The notes beneath the pieces are model-generated. The model did no database searches. It worked only from the letters and a program-made list of their open reading frames with translations, and was not told where the DNA came from. This document shows, piece by piece, positions 54,354 to 64,000 of a DNA stretch of 64,000 bases. Both the position numbers and the translations under genes were made by a program. Source of the stretch: Candidatus Methylomirabilota bacterium (lineage in GTDB: Bacteria; Methylomirabilota; Methylomirabilia; Rokubacteriales; CSP1-6); contig JBKOVG010000150.1 of the NCBI GenBank assembly GCA_046723845.1, positions 5,491-69,490 on the forward strand, given 5' to 3'. The stretch's first letter is position 1, and the number at the start of each line of letters is the position of its first letter.

Positions 54354-55844
54354 TCAGTCTCCGGAGGCGTACACCAGCGCGGCGCTCGCGCGCAGCAGGT
54401 CGGCGCGGCTCTGGATGTCGGTGAAGCGCGCCCGCGCCAGATCGCGCTGGGCCGCGAGCAGGTCCAGCACGGTGGCGAGCCCCGCCGACCGGTAGGACTC
54501 GAGGGTGGCCGAGTAGGCCTCCTCGGAGGCGGCGAGGAGGGCGAGGGCGAAGTCTCGCTTCCCCAGCGCCGTCTTCACGTCCGTGTAGGCCTGCCACACC
54601 TGGCGGATGACGCGCAGCTCGAGCTCAGCCACCTCCGCCTCGGCCGCCCCGCGCTGCGCCGTCGCCTCCCTCACGCGATTCTCGCGATCGAAACCGTCGA
54701 ACAACGTCCAGTTCAGGGTGAGAAAGGCGCCGTACGTCTGCTGCTGGAAATTGAACGGACCGGTATTGCCGAAGGTGTAATGACTGAAGTCTCCCCCGAT
54801 CGAGCTCGACACTCCTATCTGGGGCATGAACTGGGCCCGGGCCTGCTTCATCTCCGCCTCTCTCGCGCGCAACGCGGAGAGCCGCGCCGCCAGGTCGGGC
54901 CGGCGCACCAGGGACCGGTCCATCACCTGGTCGACCGTGGCCGGCAGATCGGTCGGCAAGGGGACCGCGCCGAGGTCGGCCACCTTGAGCGGTACGGTGG
55001 GCGGGATGCCGATGCTCTCCGCCAGACGGGCCCGCGCATCGGAGACCTGTCCCGCGGCGTCCTGCACGTCGAAGGCGGCGCGGGCGCGCTCCTGTACGGC
55101 AAGGAGAAGATCGGGACGCGTGGCCAGCCCCTGCTCGGCTCTGGCCTGCACGGCGTCCGCAACTACGCTGGCCTGTTCCAGGGTCACCTGCGCCGAGGTG
55201 AGACGGGCCCGACTCGCGTCGAGAGCGAAGAAGCTTTCGGACACGCGGAAGGCGACCTCCTGGTGCTTGCGGTTGAAATGGAGATTGGCCGCCATGACTT
55301 CCCAGCCCGCCCGCTCCACGGCGGCGCTACGCCGGCCGAAGTCGAGCAGGATCCACGAGAGCTGGAGGCTGGGGGTGGCCTCCGGACCCGTGACCGGCAC
55401 GCCACCATTGTCACGGGGGCCGGCCTTCTCGATCACTCGCGAGGTGCCGGCCGCGGCCACGGCGGCCAACGTCGGGAACCAGGCACTCTCCGACCGCCCC
55501 AGCCGCGCGGCGGCCGCGCGCGCCTCCTCCCAAGTACGCCAGGTCTCGGGATTGAGCCGCTGGGCGAGGTCGATGAGATCGGCGAGGCCGTGCTCCTTGT
55601 CCGGATCGATCTGCACTTCCTTGTTGAGACGATCGATGAGCACGGCGAGGCGGGGCTGCTTGTTGCCGTCGGTGGCGCGCCAGGGCGCGACGGGCGTGGG
55701 CGGCGCGGCCGCGAAGGGATCCCAGGCCGCCGAGAAGGGCATGTGGCTGCAGCCGGTGGCGCCGAGGACACTGCCGAGGGCCAGCGCGGCGAGGATGCCG
55801 CGAGCCGGGCGACGGGCGGCCCGAACGGCGAGCCGCCGGGGCAA
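54354..55844 (-). CDS. Efflux outer-membrane factor lipoprotein, NodT/TolC family
   Basis: Lipobox LGATGCS, and two OEP repeats with the characteristic …SQLDVLDA…/…LELRVIRQVWQAYTDV… helices. Confidence 0.8.
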   Translation of the reverse strand: MPRRLAVRAARRPARGILAALALGSVLGATGCSHMPFSAAWDPFAAAPPTPVAPWRATDGNKQPRLAVLIDRLNKEVQIDPDKEHGLADLIDLAQRLNPETWRTWEEARAAAARLGRSESAWFPTLAAVAAAGTSRVIEKAGPRDNGGVPVTGPEATPSLQLSWILLDFGRRSAAVERAGWEVMAANLHFNRKHQEVAFRVSESFFALDASRARLTSAQVTLEQASVVADAVQARAEQGLATRPDLLLAVQERARAAFDVQDAAGQVSDARARLAESIGIPPTVPLKVADLGAVPLPTDLPATVDQVMDRSLVRRPDLAARLSALRAREAEMKQARAQFMPQIGVSSSIGGDFSHYTFGNTGPFNFQQQTYGAFLTLNWTLFDGFDRENRVREATAQRGAAEAEVAELELRVIRQVWQAYTDVKTALGKRDFALALLAASEEAYSATLESYRSAGLATVLDLLAAQRDLARARFTDIQSRADLLRASAALVYASGD

Positions 55845-55910
55845 CGTGTCATGTCCGATCGACGTGGTTAGGTCTCCGCTCTCGTCGAGCGCAGTATAGC
55901 CTATCGCCTA

Positions 55911-56246
55911 TTGACGGCGGAGCTTGCGGCGCGCGTGCGCCCGGCGCTATGCTCGCTCATCGTGATCGCGACACTGATCGCGCGCAAGGACTGGTGGTTG
56001 CGCTGCTCGCTCGTCGCCGTCGCGTGCATCCCCGCCGCTGGCTGTGATCCCATCATCAGCATCCAGGGATCGTTCTTTCCGGCGTGGATCATCTGCATGA
56101 CGGTGGGCGTCGTCCTCACCGTGCTGTGTCGCCAGCTCCTCGCCACGACCGGGCTCGAGCCGCACCTTGGCCCGCTCCCCCTCATCTACCCGAGCCTCTG
56201 GCTCTTCGTGACGCTCCTCACCTGGCTCCTCTTTTACCGGACCTGA
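55911..56246 (+). CDS. DUF1656 (AaeX-like) small membrane protein. The start is uncertain (TTG at 55911 or 55998).
   Basis: …PIISIQGSFFPAWIICMTVGVVLTVLCRQLL…PLIYPSLWLFVTLLTWLLFY. It sits immediately upstream of the HlyD/FUSC pair, as in aaeXAB operons. Confidence 0.5.
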   Translation: MTAELAARVRPALCSLIVIATLIARKDWWLRCSLVAVACIPAAGCDPIISIQGSFFPAWIICMTVGVVLTVLCRQLLATTGLEPHLGPLPLIYPSLWLFVTLLTWLLFYRT

Positions 56247-56247
56247 G

Positions 56248-57546
56248 GTGAGCGAGCCCGCGCCCGCCGAGGCCCCCGAGTCCACCTCGCGCAGGCTCCC
56301 CCTGCCCGTCCTTGGCCGCATCGTGGGCATCGTCATCGTGGTGGGCGCCCTCGTGGTGTCGGCGCTGGCCTGGCGGCTCAGCGACGTGCACCCCAGGACC
56401 GACGATGCCGCGGTGCGCGCCAACGTGGTGGGGATCGCTCCCCACGTGAGCGGCCCCATCGTGGAGCTCCACGTGGTCGACAATCAGCGGGTGCAGGCGG
56501 GAGACCTCCTCTTCGTCGTCGATCCGCGTCCCTACGAGGCACGGCTCACCCGCGTGCGGGCGGAGTTCGCCCTGACCCGGAAGGAGGTCGAGGCCCAGGA
56601 GCGGGCGATAGGCTCGGCGGCGGCGGAGGTGACGCGCCGCGAGGCGGGGCTCAAGGCGGCGGAGGCCGACCTGGTGGGGAAGGAGACCATGCCCCCCGCC
56701 GTCGATGCCGAGATCGCGCGCCTCGAGGCGGAGCGCGCGGCCGTCGAGGCTTCGGTAGTCCGTCTCGAGGCGGAGCGCGACTACGCGGAGGACTACCTCA
56801 AGCGCGTGGAGCCGCTCCTCGCCAAGCAGTTCGTCACCGCGGACCGGGTGAGCGAGGCCCGCAGCAAGCGCGACGCGGCGGTGGCCGCAGTGCGCGAGGC
56901 GCAGCGCAAGCGGGTGGCGGCGGAGGCGGCGGTGGTCGAGGCGCAGAAGCGGAGGCAGGCGGCGGTGGCCGGCGTCAGCCAGGCTCGCGCGGCCCGCGGG
57001 AGCGCCGCGGTCGGCATCGACCAGGCGCGGGAAGATCGCTCGCGGGCCCAGGCCCTGCTCGCCCAGTACGCTGACCGCAACGCGCGGCTCGCCGCGGCCG
57101 AGGCGGCGGTGGAGAGCGCCGAGCTCGACGTGGGCTACTGCCGGGTGCGCGCGCCCTTCGACGCCTACGTGACGAATCTCAACATCACGGTGGGCGAGTA
57201 CGCGCGACAGAGCCAGCAGGTGTTCGCCCTCGTCGACGATCGCGCCTGGTACGTGATGGCGAACTTCCGGGAGACCTACGTGGGGGTGATCAAGCCGGGG
57301 ATGGCCGCCGAGGTGTTCCTGATGAGCTATCCGAACCGGCGTTTCCGCGGCGTGGTCCAGGGTATCGGCTGGGCCAACTATCCCGAGGAGGGCCCCACGG
57401 TGGGCGTGCTGCCCAACGTGCCGCGCACCCTCAACTGGGTGCGCCTGGCCAGCCGCTTCCCCGTGCGGATCCTCCTTGAGGAGCGCGACCCCGAGCGGCC
57501 GTTCCGCATGGGCGCCACCGCCGTGGTCACCATCAAGGGACGGTGA
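56248..57546 (+). CDS. HlyD-family membrane fusion protein (AaeA-like efflux periplasmic adaptor)
   Basis: GTG start. An N-terminal TM helix, a long coiled coil, then a beta-barrel region. Confidence 0.8.
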   Translation: MSEPAPAEAPESTSRRLPLPVLGRIVGIVIVVGALVVSALAWRLSDVHPRTDDAAVRANVVGIAPHVSGPIVELHVVDNQRVQAGDLLFVVDPRPYEARLTRVRAEFALTRKEVEAQERAIGSAAAEVTRREAGLKAAEADLVGKETMPPAVDAEIARLEAERAAVEASVVRLEAERDYAEDYLKRVEPLLAKQFVTADRVSEARSKRDAAVAAVREAQRKRVAAEAAVVEAQKRRQAAVAGVSQARAARGSAAVGIDQAREDRSRAQALLAQYADRNARLAAAEAAVESAELDVGYCRVRAPFDAYVTNLNITVGEYARQSQQVFALVDDRAWYVMANFRETYVGVIKPGMAAEVFLMSYPNRRFRGVVQGIGWANYPEEGPTVGVLPNVPRTLNWVRLASRFPVRILLEERDPERPFRMGATAVVTIKGR

Positions 57547-59711
57547 CGCTCCTCTCCTTCCTTCAGCGCGAGCTGGCGCCGACGCCCGGTCGCCTGCGCG
57601 CCACCCTCCGCATCGTGGTGGGCGCCCTCGCCGCCGTCCTCGCCACCGTCGCCATCGGCGCGGACGAGTTCCCTCACGGCCACTGGGCCATCACCACCAT
57701 CTTCACGGTCAGCCAGGCGGACGCGGGCGCCTCCGTGCGCAAGTCGCTCCAGCGCATGGTCGGCACGCTCGTGGGGGGCGGCCTCGGCATCCTCGTGGTC
57801 GCCGCCTTCGCGGATCTGCCGTACGTGTACGTGCCCGTTCTCTGCGTCGTGGTCGGCATCGGCATCTTCGCCTCGCTGACCACGACCTCGCCCTACGTGA
57901 TGCTCCTGGGCTCGTTCACCTTCGTCCTCGTGACCTTCTTCCCCCCCGGCGCCAACGCGAGCGCGGCCATCGAGACTGGACTCTGGCGCGTGGTCGGCAT
58001 CGCTCTCGGCGTGATCTGCGGCACGGGGGCCCAGCTCTTCCTGTGGCCCGACGATCCTGAGGCCAAGCTGAGGCAAGCCCTCGCCGCGCGGCTGCGCTCG
58101 GTAGCCACCGTGATGGGCGCGCTGGCCGTGCGGGAGGACCGCGGCGACGACGCGCCTCCCCTCCCCGTCCTCGCCAACGAAGATCTCACCGTGGAGCTCG
58201 ATCTCCTCGCTAACGCCGAGGCCTTGCATCCCTCCCTGCGCCAGCGTCACACCGAGCAGCTCAGCCTCATCGTGGAGGCGGACCGCCTCCTGACCACGGC
58301 GGTGTGGCTCGGGGCCGCCTCGCGCGATTGGCCCGCCACCCCCAACGAGAAGCGTCGCCGCAGCCTCGACGAGCTGAGCGCCGAGTGCACCCGGCTGGCG
58401 GATGCTCTGGACGCGGGACGGCCGCCGGCCCCGCTGCCGCCGCCGGAGCTGCACGTCGCCGAGGAGGGCGGAGACGTCGCCGGCCTGCGCCCGTTCCTCG
58501 AGGACACGCGGCTGTCGCTGTCCCGCGTGCGGGAGGCGCTGGGGTTTCTCGATCCCGCTCGCCCGGTCACCGTCGCCGCGCTGGACGCCCCGGCCGCCAC
58601 GCCCTTGCTGACCCCGGCCTTCTCGCTCAAGAACACGGCGGCCATCGCGCTCGCCTTCAAGGCGGCCGGCGGCCTCCTCCTCTGCTACGTGCTCATGCAC
58701 GCCCTGGCCTGGGCGGCCATGGTCACCGCCGGCGTCACCGTGGTCCTCCTGAGCCAGACCAGCTTCGGGGCAACGCTGCAGAAGTCGACGCTTCGTCTGG
58801 GAGGCGCGATCCTGGGCGGCGCCCTGGGCATCCTCACCATCGTCGTGGCCATGCCGAACATGACCACCATCGGCTCGCTCCTGATCGTGGCCGGCGTGGG
58901 CTTCGCCATCGCGGCCTGGATCACCGTGGGGAGCTCCCGCATCTCGTACATGGGCTTGCAGACCGGCATGGCCTTCGCCATGTGCGTCACCGATCCCTCG
59001 GGGCCGACCACGAATCTCACCACGGGCCGCGATCGCGTCCTGGGCATCCTCGTCGGAGTGATGGCCATGCTGCTCGTGAACGTCGTACTGGGAGTCGTCC
59101 GGGCGCGCTTCGCCATGTGGGCTCCGCTGGGCCGGGCCCTGCGAGCGCTGGCCGAACTGGCCCGCCTCGCTCCGGAGACGCGCGCGTACCGCGCCCAGCT
59201 CGACCACGCGGTGCGCACCCGCTCCTCGGTCTACACCGAGCTCGCGGCCACCCTCCGCACGGCCAACGAGTCGTCGCTCGAGCTCGACGAGCACGAGAGT
59301 CGCGCCGAGCGCGAGTGGGTGAAGCGGCTCACCGTCCGTGCCCAGACGGTGTTCCTCGCCCTCCTCGCGCTCATTCGCCACCGCCTGGCCCCCGGCTTCC
59401 CCATCCTGCCCGCACCCGTGCAGGAGGCCATGCGAGACCTCGACCGCGGTGTGGGCGAGGCGCTGGACGCCCTCGCCGAGCGGATCGACCGGCGGCCGGC
59501 CCGCCCCCTTCCCGATCTGGCACGACGGCTGGACGCGCTCGAAGCCCTCACGCCGTCCGCCGACGAGAGCTTCGCGGCCGACGACGGCGCCACGGTCGTG
59601 CGACGGGCCCAACGCGACCACGTCGTGATGGCCCGCGGCGTGGTGCGCGAGGTGAGTCTGCTCGAGGCCGACGTCGACGCCGCCCTTGCCATCCGCCCGC
59701 CCGGACCGTAG
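57543..59711 (+). CDS. FUSC-family (fusaric-acid-resistance / AaeB-like) aromatic acid efflux membrane protein
   Basis: GTG start overlapping the upstream stop. Duplicated FUSC membrane domains separated by a cytoplasmic helical region. Confidence 0.8.
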   Translation: MTLLSFLQRELAPTPGRLRATLRIVVGALAAVLATVAIGADEFPHGHWAITTIFTVSQADAGASVRKSLQRMVGTLVGGGLGILVVAAFADLPYVYVPVLCVVVGIGIFASLTTTSPYVMLLGSFTFVLVTFFPPGANASAAIETGLWRVVGIALGVICGTGAQLFLWPDDPEAKLRQALAARLRSVATVMGALAVREDRGDDAPPLPVLANEDLTVELDLLANAEALHPSLRQRHTEQLSLIVEADRLLTTAVWLGAASRDWPATPNEKRRRSLDELSAECTRLADALDAGRPPAPLPPPELHVAEEGGDVAGLRPFLEDTRLSLSRVREALGFLDPARPVTVAALDAPAATPLLTPAFSLKNTAAIALAFKAAGGLLLCYVLMHALAWAAMVTAGVTVVLLSQTSFGATLQKSTLRLGGAILGGALGILTIVVAMPNMTTIGSLLIVAGVGFAIAAWITVGSSRISYMGLQTGMAFAMCVTDPSGPTTNLTTGRDRVLGILVGVMAMLLVNVVLGVVRARFAMWAPLGRALRALAELARLAPETRAYRAQLDHAVRTRSSVYTELAATLRTANESSLELDEHESRAEREWVKRLTVRAQTVFLALLALIRHRLAPGFPILPAPVQEAMRDLDRGVGEALDALAERIDRRPARPLPDLARRLDALEALTPSADESFAADDGATVVRRAQRDHVVMARGVVREVSLLEADVDAALAIRPPGP

Positions 59712-59804
59712 TCGAACCGCAACACCGCCTTCGCAACCCTGTCACGCGCGGCTGGTAGAAGGGAACGCGCACAGGACCATCCCTCACCACACGCGGAGGA
59801 ACTC

Positions 59805-60367
59805 GTGAGCTTTCGACTCGTGGCCGCCATCGTCGCCCTCGTCCTCGGCGGGAGCATCCCAGCCCTCGCCGGTCCCGCCTTCGTGAACGGCATCACCGTA
59901 CCCGCCGACACCCTCGATCTGTCCGGCGATCCCATCGCCCTCAACCAGCGCCTCGGCATGTTCTCCGATCTCTACTACGATCCCAATCGCAACCAGTGGT
60001 GGGGGCTCAGTGATCGCGGGGCGGGCGGCGGCACTCTGCCCTACGACACCCGCGTGCAGCAGTTCACCATCGACATCAACCCGAGCACGGGCGCCATCTC
60101 CAACTTCCACGTGGTCCAGACCGTGGAGTCCAGTGCGACCTCGGTACCTTCAACAACTGGTTCTCGATCAACGCCGACGGCTCCGTGGGCAGCGCCTTCC
60201 TCGGATCCACGAGCGGCTTCGCCCTCATCCCCGGGGTCCTCTACGCCTTCAAGAGCGTGGGGACGGATCTGGCCGACTACGTGGGCCCCGTCCCCCTGCC
60301 CGCGACGTGGTCATTCCTCCTCGCGGGCCGCGGCATGATCGTCTTGCAGGGCCGGCGGCGCTCCTGA
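59805..60367 (+). pseudogene. Secreted PEP-CTERM-like protein interrupted by a frameshift near 60110-60130
   Basis: Frame 1 gives a signal peptide plus …FVNGITVPADTLDLSGDPIALNQRLGMFSDLYYDPNRNQWWGLSDRG…HVVQTVE. A second frame continues …FNNWFSINADGSVGSAFLGSTSGFALIPGVLYAF…VGPVPLPATWSFLLAGRGMIVLQGRRRS. The ending is a VP(E/L)P-ATW-hydrophobic-RRR sorting-signal-like tail. Confidence 0.5.
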
Positions 60368-60431
60368 GCGGCCTCGCGCGGCTCTCACTGGACCACCTCG
60401 TTCGCGCGCGGGAGCGCCGACGGCGGGACGG

Positions 60432-61487
60432 TCAGGTCGAGAGGGCGAGATCCTTCAGGAACACCTCCTTCCCCGTCCGCGACGACTCGTAGATGGCCAT
60501 GTTGATGGCCAGCGACACGCGCGCGTCCTCACCGGTGAGGACGGGGTCGCGGTCCTCGCGGATCGCGTCGACCATGTCCTGGAGCTGGATGCGGTGGCGC
60601 ACCTGCGGGTACGACCAGGGATCGTCGATGTCGCCGATGGCGAACTGCTTCTCCACATCCGGCACCGTCTGTCCCCCCACGTTCCAGAACAGGATCTGGT
60701 CGTACTGCGCGTTGGCCACGATGGTGCCGTGATCGCCGTGGAGCTCGAGCCGCGACTTGAGAGCGGGCTTGATCGAGGAGGTGCTCTCGATGACGCCCAT
60801 GGCGCCATTCTCGAAGGACACGAGGGCGGTGGCGGTGTCCTCCACCTCGACGGCGTGCTGGTTGGTGGCGACGCGTCCGATCACCGACCGCACCGGTCCC
60901 ACCACGTACTGGAGCAGGTCCACGATGTGGATGGACTGCGTCATGAGGCAGCCGCCGCCCTCCAGGGCCTTGGTCCCCCGCCACTCCGCGGAGTCGTAGT
61001 ACGCCTGCGTACGGCTCGACTTGTCCACGGCATCCGCGAGGAAGACGCGGCCGAGGGCGCCCGACTGCACCGCCTCCTTGAGCCGCGCCGCCACGGTGCC
61101 GAAGCGCATCTGGAAGATCACCCCGAGCTTGATCCGGTGGGCGCGGCAGAGGCGGATCATCTCGTCCGCGCGCGCGAGATTGACGTCGAGCGGCTTCTCC
61201 ACGAGGAGGTGCTTGCCCGCCGCCACCGCCGCCCGCACCACCTCGAGGTGCGTGCCCGTGGGAGTGAGCACGCAGACCACGTCCACCGCGGGATCGCGGC
61301 AGAGTTCGCTGAAATGCGTGTAGACGCGCGGGACGGACCACTCACGGGCGAAGGCCTGGAGTCGCCCGGGATCGCGCGAGCAGGCGGCGACCAGCCGGCC
61401 CCCGAGCACGTGACGCAGCTCCTTGGCGTGAAAGCCCCCCGCCATGCCCGTGCCCACCAGCCCGAATCCGATCTCGCCGTTCGTCAC
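60432..61487 (-). CDS. Gfo/Idh/MocA family NAD(P)-dependent oxidoreductase
   Basis: GFGLVGTGMAGGFHAKEL…VLTPTGTHLEVVRAAVAAGKHLLVEKPL…. Confidence 0.8.
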   Translation of the reverse strand: MTNGEIGFGLVGTGMAGGFHAKELRHVLGGRLVAACSRDPGRLQAFAREWSVPRVYTHFSELCRDPAVDVVCVLTPTGTHLEVVRAAVAAGKHLLVEKPLDVNLARADEMIRLCRAHRIKLGVIFQMRFGTVAARLKEAVQSGALGRVFLADAVDKSSRTQAYYDSAEWRGTKALEGGGCLMTQSIHIVDLLQYVVGPVRSVIGRVATNQHAVEVEDTATALVSFENGAMGVIESTSSIKPALKSRLELHGDHGTIVANAQYDQILFWNVGGQTVPDVEKQFAIGDIDDPWSYPQVRHRIQLQDMVDAIREDRDPVLTGEDARVSLAINMAIYESSRTGKEVFLKDLALST

Positions 61488-61500
61488 CGTGGAAGCTCCT

Positions 61501-62274
61501 TCAGTGGAGGATCTTGTCGAGGAAGGCGCGCCCGCGTTCCGTGCGGGGCCGGCTGAAGAACTCCGCGGGAGGGGCGTCTTCCACCACGCGGCCCTCGTCC
61601 ACGAAGACCACGCGGTTGGCCACCGCCCGCGCGAAGCCCATCTCGTGGGTGACCACGAGCATGGTCATGCCCTGCCGGGAGAGCGCCGTCATCACGTCCA
61701 GCACCTCGCTGATCATCTCGGGATCGAGGGCCGAGGTCGGCTCGTCGAAGAGCATGACCTCGGGCCGCATGGCCAGCGCGCGGGCGATGGCCACGCGCTG
61801 CTGCTGCCCGCCCGAGAGCTGGGCGGGATAGGCCTGGGCCTTCTCGGGGAGGCCGACGAGGGCGAGGAGACGCCGTGCCTCCTCCGCGGCGCGCTCGCGC
61901 GGCTCGCCGAGGACGTGCACGGGCCCCGCCGTGATGTTGCCCTCGGCCGTGAGATGCGGGAAGAGATTGAACTGCTGAAAGACCATGCCGATGCGTCGGC
62001 GATGTCGCGCCACCTCGGCGTCGCGCAGCTCCACGAGCCCCCGCGAGGTCTCGCGATAGCCGATGAGCTCCCCGCACACCCGCACGGTGCCGCGCTGGAC
62101 CGCCTCGAGGTGATTGAGGCAGCGGAGCAGCGTGCTCTTCCCGGAGCCGCTCGGCCCCACCACCACCACGACCTGGCCGCGGCGGACGTCCAGGTCGATC
62201 CCGCGCAGCACGTGCAGGGAACCGTAGAACTTGTGGACGCCCACGGCCTGGACGGCGAGGTCGGTCGACGCCAT
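61501..62274 (-). CDS. Polar amino-acid ABC transporter ATP-binding protein
   Basis: Walker A GPSGSGKST, signature LSGGQQQRVAIARAL, Walker B LFDEPTSALD. Confidence 0.85.
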   Translation of the reverse strand: MASTDLAVQAVGVHKFYGSLHVLRGIDLDVRRGQVVVVVGPSGSGKSTLLRCLNHLEAVQRGTVRVCGELIGYRETSRGLVELRDAEVARHRRRIGMVFQQFNLFPHLTAEGNITAGPVHVLGEPRERAAEEARRLLALVGLPEKAQAYPAQLSGGQQQRVAIARALAMRPEVMLFDEPTSALDPEMISEVLDVMTALSRQGMTMLVVTHEMGFARAVANRVVFVDEGRVVEDAPPAEFFSRPRTERGRAFLDKILH

Positions 62275-63002
62275 CAGCGCGCGTCCTGCTCGAGGAGCGT
62301 CCCCTCAATGGCGCGGGACGGCCGGCCCGGGGCGGCGCCGTACGGACGACCGAAGTGCGCCTCGAGGCGCCGCTGCACGAGCCCCCACAGCGTAGTCATG
62401 GCGAGGTAGTAGCAAGCGGCCACGATGAAGATCTCCAACACCTTGAACTCGAGCTGGATCAGCATCTGCGAGCGGCGCAGGAGCTCTTCCAGCGAGATCA
62501 CGGAGGCGAGCGAGGTGGTCTTGAGGAGCCCGTTGAAGTTGTTGCCGAGCGGGGGCATGATCACCCGCGCTGCCTGGGGCAGGATGACCACGCGGAGCAT
62601 GGTCCAGTACGGCATCCCCACGCCGCGGGCGGCGTCGAACTGCCCGCGCGGCACGGAGAGGATGCCCGCGCGGATGATCTCCGCCAGGTACGCGCCTTCG
62701 TTGAGGCCGAGCCCGATGAGGGCGGACTGGATCACGGTGAGGCGGAGGCCAAGCTGAGGCAGCCCCGTGTAGATGATGATGAGCTGGACGAGGAGCGGCG
62801 TGCCGCGCATGAGCCAGATGTAGAAGCGGGCGACGTCGCGCGGCACGCGATACCGCGAGAGGCGCATGAGGGCGGCGCCGAGCCCCAGGCCGAGCCCGAT
62901 GGTCATCACGGCCACGGAAAGCCATACCGTGGTCCACGCGCCCTCGAGCAGATACGGATTGAGTAGGTACTTCTGGAACGCCGCCCAATCCCAGCCGGCC
63001 AT
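62274..63002 (-). CDS. Polar amino-acid ABC transporter permease (HisM/GlnP family)
   Basis: …LNEGAYLAEIIRAGILSVPRGQFDAARGVGM…. Confidence 0.8.
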   Translation of the reverse strand: MAGWDWAAFQKYLLNPYLLEGAWTTVWLSVAVMTIGLGLGLGAALMRLSRYRVPRDVARFYIWLMRGTPLLVQLIIIYTGLPQLGLRLTVIQSALIGLGLNEGAYLAEIIRAGILSVPRGQFDAARGVGMPYWTMLRVVILPQAARVIMPPLGNNFNGLLKTTSLASVISLEELLRRSQMLIQLEFKVLEIFIVAACYYLAMTTLWGLVQRRLEAHFGRPYGAAPGRPSRAIEGTLLEQDAR

Positions 63003-63018
63003 CGCGCGCGGGCTCCGC

Positions 63019-63876
63019 CTACGGCAGATCGGGGCCCTTCAGCTCCAGCGTCTTGCCCGCCACCTTGGCCACTCCGTAGCGGTCGAAGAGCGCGTCGTAG
63101 GTGCCGTCAGCCTTCATGTCGTTCATCACCTTGAGCACGGCCTGGGCGAGATCCTTCGACTTGGCGGCCACGGTGGCGGGCGAGCCCGCGATGCCGGACA
63201 GGGCGCGCTCGAACTCGCCCTTGTCCTGATAGAACTTCGCCACCGCGTCCACGCTCACCACCGCCTCCACCTGCCCCGCGCGCAGGGCCTGGTAGGACTC
63301 CGCGAAGGTGTTGAAGGTCTTGATGTCCATGGGCTTGGCGCCGGCCTTGACCTGCTCGTCGTTGATGCGCCGGATCTGCCGCTCCTCGTAGCCGCCGATC
63401 TCCACGGCCACCGGACGCCCGGCGAGGTCCGTGAGCTGCGTGATCTTCTTGGGATTGCCTTTGGGCACGGAGACGCTGATGGCCTGCAGCTCATAGGGAA
63501 TGAGGTACATGATCTTGGCACGCTCGGGTGTGAAAAAGAGCCCGGTCACGATGAGGTCCCAGCGGCCGCCCTGCAGCCCGGGAATCTGCGCGTCGAACTG
63601 GATGTTGACCCAGTTCATCTCGAGCCCGAGCCGCTTGGCGATCTCGTTGCCGAGCTCGATGCGCATGCCCTGGAGATTGCCCTTCTCGTCGATGTACTGC
63701 ACGGGCGGCAGGGTGGCGTTGGTGGCGACCACGAGCTTGCCGGGTCGCACCACCGCGGGCGGCGTCACCACGGGCAAGGTCGGATACTTGGCGGCCTGCG
63801 TCCCCGCCGCGGCGGGCAGGGCGAGCAGGGCCAGAGCCATCAGCAACGACGTGAGACGCGTGCCTCGACTCTGCAT
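63019..63876 (-). CDS. Polar amino-acid ABC transporter substrate-binding protein (family 3)
   Basis: Signal peptide, then …KLVVATNATLPPVQYIDEKGNLQGMRIELGNEIAKRLG…. Confidence 0.8.
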   Translation of the reverse strand: MQSRGTRLTSLLMALALLALPAAAGTQAAKYPTLPVVTPPAVVRPGKLVVATNATLPPVQYIDEKGNLQGMRIELGNEIAKRLGLEMNWVNIQFDAQIPGLQGGRWDLIVTGLFFTPERAKIMYLIPYELQAISVSVPKGNPKKITQLTDLAGRPVAVEIGGYEERQIRRINDEQVKAGAKPMDIKTFNTFAESYQALRAGQVEAVVSVDAVAKFYQDKGEFERALSGIAGSPATVAAKSKDLAQAVLKVMNDMKADGTYDALFDRYGVAKVAGKTLELKGPDLP

Positions 63877-64000
63877 CGCGCTTCCTCCTCTGGGCTCACG
63901 GGGCGTGGACGTCGCGGGGTCAGCCGGCTGGTCGACGACAGCGCTGACGGGCCAGAAGGCTCCCCCTATCTACCACGAATCGAGCGGCGCGCGCGACGAT

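Noticed and set aside
1-64000. CRISPR arrays, rRNA genes, intact transposases
   Set aside because: No regularly spaced short direct repeats, no rRNA-like conserved stretches, and no DDE or serine-recombinase transposase ORFs were seen. The only mobile-element protein is the degraded tyrosine recombinase.

Overview
High-GC (~70%) bacterial chromosomal segment with roughly 65 protein-coding genes, several pseudogene remnants and no rRNA/tRNA/CRISPR genes. Its GC content and the presence of PEP-CTERM and FemAB-like genes point towards Myxococcota or an allied high-GC lineage. The six-frame track holds many long spurious antisense ORFs typical of high-GC DNA. Genes were called from recognisable protein families, GC3 and start-codon context, not ORF length.

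Main content, left to right:
- A truncated GH31 glycosidase remnant, then an argR / GNAT / argD operon on the minus strand with an AT-rich ARG-box-like operator, and a divergent M20 peptidase.
- A DUF1624 acyltransferase, a lipoprotein and a DSD1-family PLP enzyme.
- A lower-GC, roughly 3 kb degraded integrative island (integrase pseudogene plus orphan cargo ORFs).
- A long minus-strand run from ~21.2 kb down to ~10.8 kb. It holds a six-gene complex-I/group-4-hydrogenase-like cluster, read here as an Ehr-type complex: the large subunit has lost all four NiFe-ligating cysteines while the small subunit keeps its 4Fe-4S cysteines. This cluster is followed after 21 bp by lemA / TPM / TPM and a TauD dioxygenase.
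- A hydantoinase A/B pair.
- A plus-strand operon of two acyl-CoA dehydrogenases, a CoA-transferase and an enoyl-CoA hydratase.
- A secreted formamidase with ZnuA/ZnuB-like genes but no ATPase.
- A low-GC (~50%) insertion carrying a FemAB-family gene.
- Further right: a MetE-like gene, an Ssu/Tau-type ABC transporter, DedA, a gamma-glutamyltransferase (GGT), TauE/SafE, a PduO-type adenosyltransferase, a PoxB-like TPP enzyme, a malic-enzyme remnant, a second TauD, an AaeXAB-like efflux set with an outer-membrane factor, a frameshifted PEP-CTERM-like protein and a polar amino-acid ABC transporter.

A ~185-bp MITE/REP-like repeat occurs four times, always abutting stop codons.
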